Assembly (NCBI GenBank): GCA_037190965.1
Contig: JBBCKI010000006.1
Location: forward strand, 1-26,953
DNA from: Chthoniobacteraceae bacterium
GTDB lineage: Bacteria; Verrucomicrobiota; Verrucomicrobiia; Chthoniobacterales; Chthoniobacteraceae
Direction of reading: 5' to 3'
Length of the DNA: 26,953 nt
Position 1 is the first letter of the stretch, and each line of letters begins with the position of its first letter. Of this stretch, positions 22,512 to 26,953 are shown one piece after another. Made by a program: the position numbers and the translations under genes. The notes under the pieces are model-generated. The model did not search any database. It was given only the letters and a program-made list of their open reading frames with translations, and was not told the origin of the DNA.

Positions 22512-23504
22512 TTACGGCTTCCGAAGCTCGGCGAAATACATCCGGCCCGATCCCGTCTGGATCATCCCCGCGATGACCACCCTGACCATCTCGCCCACGC
22601 ACGCTTTGGCGTGGTTGACGACGATCATGCTGCCATCCGGGAGATAGCCCACGGCTTGATGAGGATCTCGCCCGGGCTTGATGAGCATCAATTCCATCTC
22701 CTCGCCGGTCGCGATCAGCGGCGCAAGGGCGCGGCTCAATTCCGTGATGCTAAGCACGGAGACTCCCTCCAGCCGGGCAACGCGGGCCAGGTTGGCGTCA
22801 TTGGTCAGCAGCCGGGCCTTGATCAGTTGCGCCACCTGAATGAGGCGGGTGTCCACGGAGAGATCAGGGTCGGCATCGGATTCATGGATCGTCAGCGTCA
22901 TGTCGTTGCGCCCCTGGGCGTCGTTGAGAAGATCGAGTCCCCGTTGGCCCCTGTCGCGTTTGATCGTTTCCGCCGAATCGGCCAGAGCCTGAAGCTCGTC
23001 CAGAATGAAGCGGGGCACCACCAGCGAGGAACTCAGGAAGCCTGTCTTGCAGATTTCCATAATCCGGCCGTCAATCAAGGCGCTGGTGTCGACCAGCACC
23101 GGGACGTCATGGACCGCCGTACGCCGGAACCGCACGTAGGGGATGATGAGCGAGAACTCGTCGCGATTGCTCCGCACCGCGAGCATCATCCCGAGATAGC
23201 CAAAAGTGCCGTAAAGGCCGATGCTGATGATCCAGCGCGTCTGCTCCGAGGTATAGAGGAGAATGTCGGAAGCGAAAAGGAGCCGCGTTACCACCAGGCC
23301 GAGGATCAGCCCGAAAGTGGCGGCTGAGAAGATCCGAAGCGAAAACCCTTTGAGAAGGCGGTCGATCAGGACCACCGAGAGGCCGAAAATGAGCCCTACG
23401 ACTCCACCCATCCAGAGCGATCCGAAGGCGACGTCGCCCACACGCATCCCCATGAAAAACCCGAAGGCGATGAAGAGGACCCGGAAAAGGTTGATGGTGC
23501 GCAT
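22512..23504 (-). CDS. Membrane-anchored PIN/TRAM domain protein (YacL family)
   Basis: Four N-terminal TM helices, PIN motifs LVDTSALIDGRI, ILDELQ, RGQRGLD and LLTND, and TRAM-like GYLPDGSMIVV...QTGSGRMYFA. ATG at 23504. Confidence 0.92.
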   Translation of the reverse strand: MRTINLFRVLFIAFGFFMGMRVGDVAFGSLWMGGVVGLIFGLSVVLIDRLLKGFSLRIFSAATFGLILGLVVTRLLFASDILLYTSEQTRWIISIGLYGTFGYLGMMLAVRSNRDEFSLIIPYVRFRRTAVHDVPVLVDTSALIDGRIMEICKTGFLSSSLVVPRFILDELQALADSAETIKRDRGQRGLDLLNDAQGRNDMTLTIHESDADPDLSVDTRLIQVAQLIKARLLTNDANLARVARLEGVSVLSITELSRALAPLIATGEEMELMLIKPGRDPHQAVGYLPDGSMIVVNHAKACVGEMVRVVIAGMIQTGSGRMYFAELRKP

Positions 23505-23518
23505 AGGAGTCAAATTTC

Positions 23519-24493
23519 CTAGCGATGGGCTCGTGTTCGGGCGGGCGGGGTGGGCGCGCTTTCGGCAGTCTTGGCGCTGTCGCGGTAAAACAGAACGCCG
23601 TGCCTGCGAATATTGGCAATGAGCGCCCGCAGGTTGTCGGAAACCTCGCGGTTGCTCAGCAGCATGGGAATCGCGCCCGAGCCCGACTGGGCGGACTTCA
23701 GGACGGTTTGCACGGAGCTGATCGCCGACCGCGCGTCGCTGATCGCGGCACGGATGTCATTGGCGGCATGGTTGGCGGTTTCCATGGTTCCCTTTGCGGA
23801 GGCCATTGTTTCCTTGGCGGTGTTCACGGCTTCCTTGGCTCCGATCACGACGTCGTTGATCTCCTTGGAGGCCTCGGCAAAGTTGTCGCCGGTCGTCTTG
23901 ATGCTCGCGAAGGCGCTGCGTACGTTTTCGAGATTCTCTTCGCTCAGGAAATTGCCCTGAAGCTTGGTGATGGCGATCTTCATCTCATCGAGGTTCTCGG
24001 CCAGTTTTTCCATGGCGATCTCGCCCTTTTTGGTCAGCTCATCGAAGCCGCCCAGCTTGGTTCCCTTGATGGTCTCTCCTTCGGTATAGACCAGCTTGGG
24101 ATTGTTGGGATCGAAGGTTTTGTCATCAAAGTTTTCGGGGATGACGATGTCGACAAACTTGTCCCCCATCATGCCCGAACTGCTGATCTGGAAAGTGCTA
24201 TCGCGCGGGATCTTGACGGTGTCGCGGATGAACAGATCCACCGTGACGCTGCCGACGCGCCCCTCGTTGATTGTCGGCTTCCCGCCGACATGACCGACGA
24301 CCGCGCCTGCCAACTGGATATCGGAGTTCTTCAGCAGTCCGCTGGCGTTGGGGAATTCGACCTTGAGTTGATAGAATTTGTTGAGCCCCTGGCCGAGCCG
24401 TCCAAACTGGATCGCCATGATGGCGATGGCCACTAGTCCGATGAAGACGAAGAGGCCGACTTTGATCTCCAGATTTTTTTCGTCGTTATTCAT
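23519..24493 (-). CDS. mlaD: MCE/MlaD family lipid-transport protein with helical extension
   Basis: EIKVGLFVFIGL anchor, FPNASGL, LAGAVVGHV, GMMGDKFVDI and a long coiled-coil C-terminus. In an operon with mlaE/mlaF. Confidence 0.9.
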   Translation of the reverse strand: MNNDEKNLEIKVGLFVFIGLVAIAIMAIQFGRLGQGLNKFYQLKVEFPNASGLLKNSDIQLAGAVVGHVGGKPTINEGRVGSVTVDLFIRDTVKIPRDSTFQISSSGMMGDKFVDIVIPENFDDKTFDPNNPKLVYTEGETIKGTKLGGFDELTKKGEIAMEKLAENLDEMKIAITKLQGNFLSEENLENVRSAFASIKTTGDNFAEASKEINDVVIGAKEAVNTAKETMASAKGTMETANHAANDIRAAISDARSAISSVQTVLKSAQSGSGAIPMLLSNREVSDNLRALIANIRRHGVLFYRDSAKTAESAPTPPARTRAHR

Positions 24494-24507
24494 GGGAAGA
24501 GGCTTGG

Positions 24508-25269
24508 TTAGTCTGTCTCGCCGGAACGGCCGTGGATGAAGTCCTGGATCAGAGGGTCTTTGGAGGCCACCAGTTCCTTCGGGTTGCCGGTGAAATAGAT
24601 CAGCCCTTCATGGATATAGGCGATCTTGTCGGCAATATAAGTGGCGCTTTTCATGTCATGGGTCACAACAATGGATGTCACTCCAAAACGCTTTTGCAAG
24701 CGTCGAATCAAGTGGTCGATGGAGTCCGAAACGATCGGGTCGAGCCCCGCTGTCGGCTCATCGTAGAGCACGCAGGCAGGGCGGTTGATGATGACGCGCG
24801 CCAGGGCGACTCTCTTTTTCATGCCGCCGCTGATGTTGACCGGCATCTTGTCTTCGTGCCCGGTCAGTTCCACCACGTCGAGCGCCTCGGCCACTTTCTC
24901 GCGGATCACCTTGGCATCGGATTCCCCCGCTTCACGGAGGGGGAATGCCACGTTTTCATAGACGGTCATCGAGTCAAAGAGCGCGCCGCTCTGGAACATC
25001 ATCCCGACGCGTTTGCGGATCGGCAGTAACTCACGCTCCTTGAGGCCGATGATCTGCCGTCCTTCGATCCAGACTTCTCCGGAGGACGGCGTCATCAGCC
25101 CGATGAGATGCTTTAACAGCACGCTCTTCCCGCTGCCGGAGCGGCCGATGAGAACAAGCGTCTCGCCTGAGGAGACTTCGAAATCGATCCCCCTCAGGAC
25201 CATCTGGTCGCCGAACTGCTTCGTCAGGCCGGAGACGAAGATCATCGAATTTTCGGAAGGCTTTTTCAT
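24508..25269 (-). CDS. mlaF: ABC transporter ATP-binding protein, MlaF family
   Basis: GRSGSGKS, FQSGALFDSM, ISGGMKKRVALAR, LYDEPTAGLDP and VTHD. Confidence 0.93.
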   Translation of the reverse strand: MKKPSENSMIFVSGLTKQFGDQMVLRGIDFEVSSGETLVLIGRSGSGKSVLLKHLIGLMTPSSGEVWIEGRQIIGLKERELLPIRKRVGMMFQSGALFDSMTVYENVAFPLREAGESDAKVIREKVAEALDVVELTGHEDKMPVNISGGMKKRVALARVIINRPACVLYDEPTAGLDPIVSDSIDHLIRRLQKRFGVTSIVVTHDMKSATYIADKIAYIHEGLIYFTGNPKELVASKDPLIQDFIHGRSGETD

Positions 25270-25272
25270 GCT

Positions 25273-26061
25273 CTAGACGCCCGCCGGGTAGAAGATGTTG
25301 AGCACCATCGTGAGAAAGAAGTTAACGATGAGGATCGCCAGCGAGCAGCAGACGACGGCTTCCGTGGTCGCGCGGCCGACGCCGACGGCTCCCGCCCGCG
25401 CCTTGAGCCCCTCGTTGCACGCGATGAAGACGATCAGGATGCCGAAGAAGAATCCCTTGGTGAGCGCCATCTTCACGTCGCGCGCGGCGGTGAATTTGAG
25501 CATGTAATTGACGTAGTAGACCTGGGAGACGCCCAGCAGGTTTACCGCGACGAACTGCCCGGCCAGAATCCCGATCCCGACGCACTCCGCCACCAGCAGC
25601 GGCATCGAGATCATCATGGCGATCAGGCGCGGGACGACGAGATAGTCGATCGGGTGAACGCCCAAGGCCCGGAGGGCGTCGAGCTGTTCGGTGACCTTCA
25701 TCGAGCCGATTTCCGCCGACATCGCCGCGCCGACTCGGCCTGCCACCATCAACCCGGTCAGCACCGGGCCAAGCTCCCGGAACATCGAGACGGCCACGAC
25801 AGCGCCGACGGCAGTATCCATGGAGAGCCGGTGAAACTGAAAATAAGTCTGCGCGCCGAAGACGGCCCCCGTGAACGCCCCGGTGACCACCACCACGAGT
25901 TGCGAGCGGTAGCCCACCTCCATGATCTGGCGGAGGGCAAGGCGCCAGCGGATTGGCGTCTTGACGATCGAGTTTGCCGTCTCGATGGCCAGCAGAAGGA
26001 GCGAGCCGAGATAGCTAAACAGCGAGAGCGAAAACTTGCCTAGAAAACGGATGAACAGCAT
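25273..26061 (-). CDS. mlaE: ABC transporter permease, MlaE family
   Basis: RELGPVLTGLMVAGRVGAAMSAEIGSMKVTEQLDAL, LVVPR and GAVGVGRATT. Confidence 0.95.
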   Translation of the reverse strand: MLFIRFLGKFSLSLFSYLGSLLLLAIETANSIVKTPIRWRLALRQIMEVGYRSQLVVVVTGAFTGAVFGAQTYFQFHRLSMDTAVGAVVAVSMFRELGPVLTGLMVAGRVGAAMSAEIGSMKVTEQLDALRALGVHPIDYLVVPRLIAMMISMPLLVAECVGIGILAGQFVAVNLLGVSQVYYVNYMLKFTAARDVKMALTKGFFFGILIVFIACNEGLKARAGAVGVGRATTEAVVCCSLAILIVNFFLTMVLNIFYPAGV

Positions 26062-26130
26062 GCGGAGGAAGAACGAAGCGCGTCGGTATGGGAGACAAAA
26101 GAACCACGCTCCGGGCAGAACGCAAGCTGA

Positions 26131-26397
26131 TCAAAGCAACTGCTGGGTTTTCTTTTTCTCCGGGGACTCCAGGCTCCGGGGAATCGCACCGACAATTCGC
26201 GGCAGCAGATCAAGGCGCTCGAAGGCGAGGCGGATCTCCTGGACGCTAAAGGTCGGCCCGTCGGCTTCGATGTAAACAATGTCGTGGTTGCTGTCGACTT
26301 TGTAGCGAATGCCGGGAATGCCTTCCAGTGCGCGATCCAGTTCCAGAATTTTGTCCAGGCTACGGACACCGGCTGCGTAAATTTCGAGTTCGATCAT
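26131..26397 (-). CDS. Small hypothetical protein (possible ferredoxin-like/HMA-like fold without CxxC)
   Basis: 88 aa with an RBS-like GAGGGGAG upstream and a beta-alpha-beta-beta-alpha-beta-like pattern (ELEIYAAGV / KILELDRALEGIPGI / YKVD / IVYIE / VQEIRLAFERL). Confidence 0.75.
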   Translation of the reverse strand: MIELEIYAAGVRSLDKILELDRALEGIPGIRYKVDSNHDIVYIEADGPTFSVQEIRLAFERLDLLPRIVGAIPRSLESPEKKKTQQLL

Positions 26398-26458
26398 GGC
26401 GCGCTCCCCTCGTTTTTGCTTTCTGGCTTTCTGCTTTTAGCTCTTTTGGAACGCTTCC

Positions 26459-26487
26459 ATCAAACTCCAAAAGTTGTACAAGGTCAA
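26459..26487 (-). promoter_or_regulatory. Possible sigma70-type promoter for the small gene / mla operon
   Basis: Minus strand TTGACC-17 nt-TTTGAT. The -10 match is weak. Confidence 0.35.
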
Positions 26488-26768
26488 GCGAAGGAATTCA
26501 GGGCAAACGCATCAAAATAGCCTAATTTGGCGTCTGCTTTAGCGAATTTTCCCAATCTCCGACAATATTCGCCTGGCGGCAGTTAACGAACGCCTCTCTC
26601 TCAGAGGGAGCGGGCGACTATCTGGCAAATTGGCCATTGTTGCTCCAAAAGCCATCGGTTCAATAAATAAAGTTTGACGCAGTGCAAAATCGCGTGCGAA
26701 AACCTTAGCTGCAATTCAAGGAAGTCCCGATTGAACCATAAGGGACATATTTACGAAAAAATGAGGTT

Positions 26769-26888
26769 ATGAAGAAAATCTGGATATTTGTACTGGCGGT
26801 GTTGGTAGCGATCTTCTTCTTTAACGGCTCAGCCAAAGCGGCATGTGATCCAAGTGTGGAACCGGAAGAGAACACCCGCTTCGAATAA
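26769..26888 (+). CDS. Putative 39-aa secreted microprotein (not in ORF track)
   Basis: Translates as MKKIWIFVLAVLVAIFFFNGSAKAACDPSVEPEENTRFE*. TGAGG lies just upstream. Classic n/h/c signal-peptide regions with an A-K-A site. Confidence 0.6.
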   Translation: MKKIWIFVLAVLVAIFFFNGSAKAACDPSVEPEENTRFE

Positions 26889-26894
26889 TCACAG

Positions 26895-26953
26895 GTGGAC
26901 ATTAAGGCTGCTTTCAGGATTCTGGCGCTCTTGGCCGTTGGAGTTCCGGTCCT
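26895..26953 (+). CDS. Possible start of an exported/membrane protein running off the window
   Basis: GTG 6 nt after the microprotein stop. The open frame (M)DIKAAFRILALLAVGVPV is signal-peptide-like, but only 19 codons are visible. Confidence 0.35.
   Translation, partial: MDIKAAFRILALLAVGVPV

Noticed and set aside
26413..26447. Short degenerate GCTTTCT-like heptamer run
   Set aside because: Only 3-4 degenerate units, too weak to assign a function.
26520..26650. Sigma54-like TTGGC...TTGC motifs
   Set aside because: GG-to-GC spacing does not match the required -24/-12 geometry.
26705..26902. Minus-strand 65-aa ORF
   Set aside because: No protein-like features. It overlaps the better-supported plus-strand signal-peptide ORF 26769..26888.

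Overview
GC-rich bacterial chromosomal window. Gene content and style suggest Verrucomicrobiota/PVC, which is an inference. Most of it is housekeeping: a partial ThuA gene, a Gfo/Idh/MocA oxidoreductase, panE, nnr, an amidase, hemA-hemC-cobA/hemD, a split pta plus DRTGG pair, a HisJ-family PHP phosphatase, a Zn-dependent ADH, a PIN/TRAM protein and mlaEFD. The standout is a minus-strand cluster (about 5.7-13.9 kb) with five genes: (1) a lid-less Hsp70 paralogue; (2) an HPD-less J-like/helical-repeat/FGE-fold protein; (3) a membrane-anchored TPR-like protein; (4) a REC-(QPVA)n-pseudokinase-TM-FGE-fold protein containing a 19-unit 12-bp tandem repeat; (5) an exported hypothetical protein. Together they are a candidate uncharacterised trans-envelope sensing/chaperone system. 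Intergenic DNA holds three families of palindromic REP/REPIN-like elements, one present in three copies. A 39-aa signal-peptide microprotein missed by the ORF track lies at the right end. No rRNA, tRNA, CRISPR array, transposase or reverse transcriptase was recognised.
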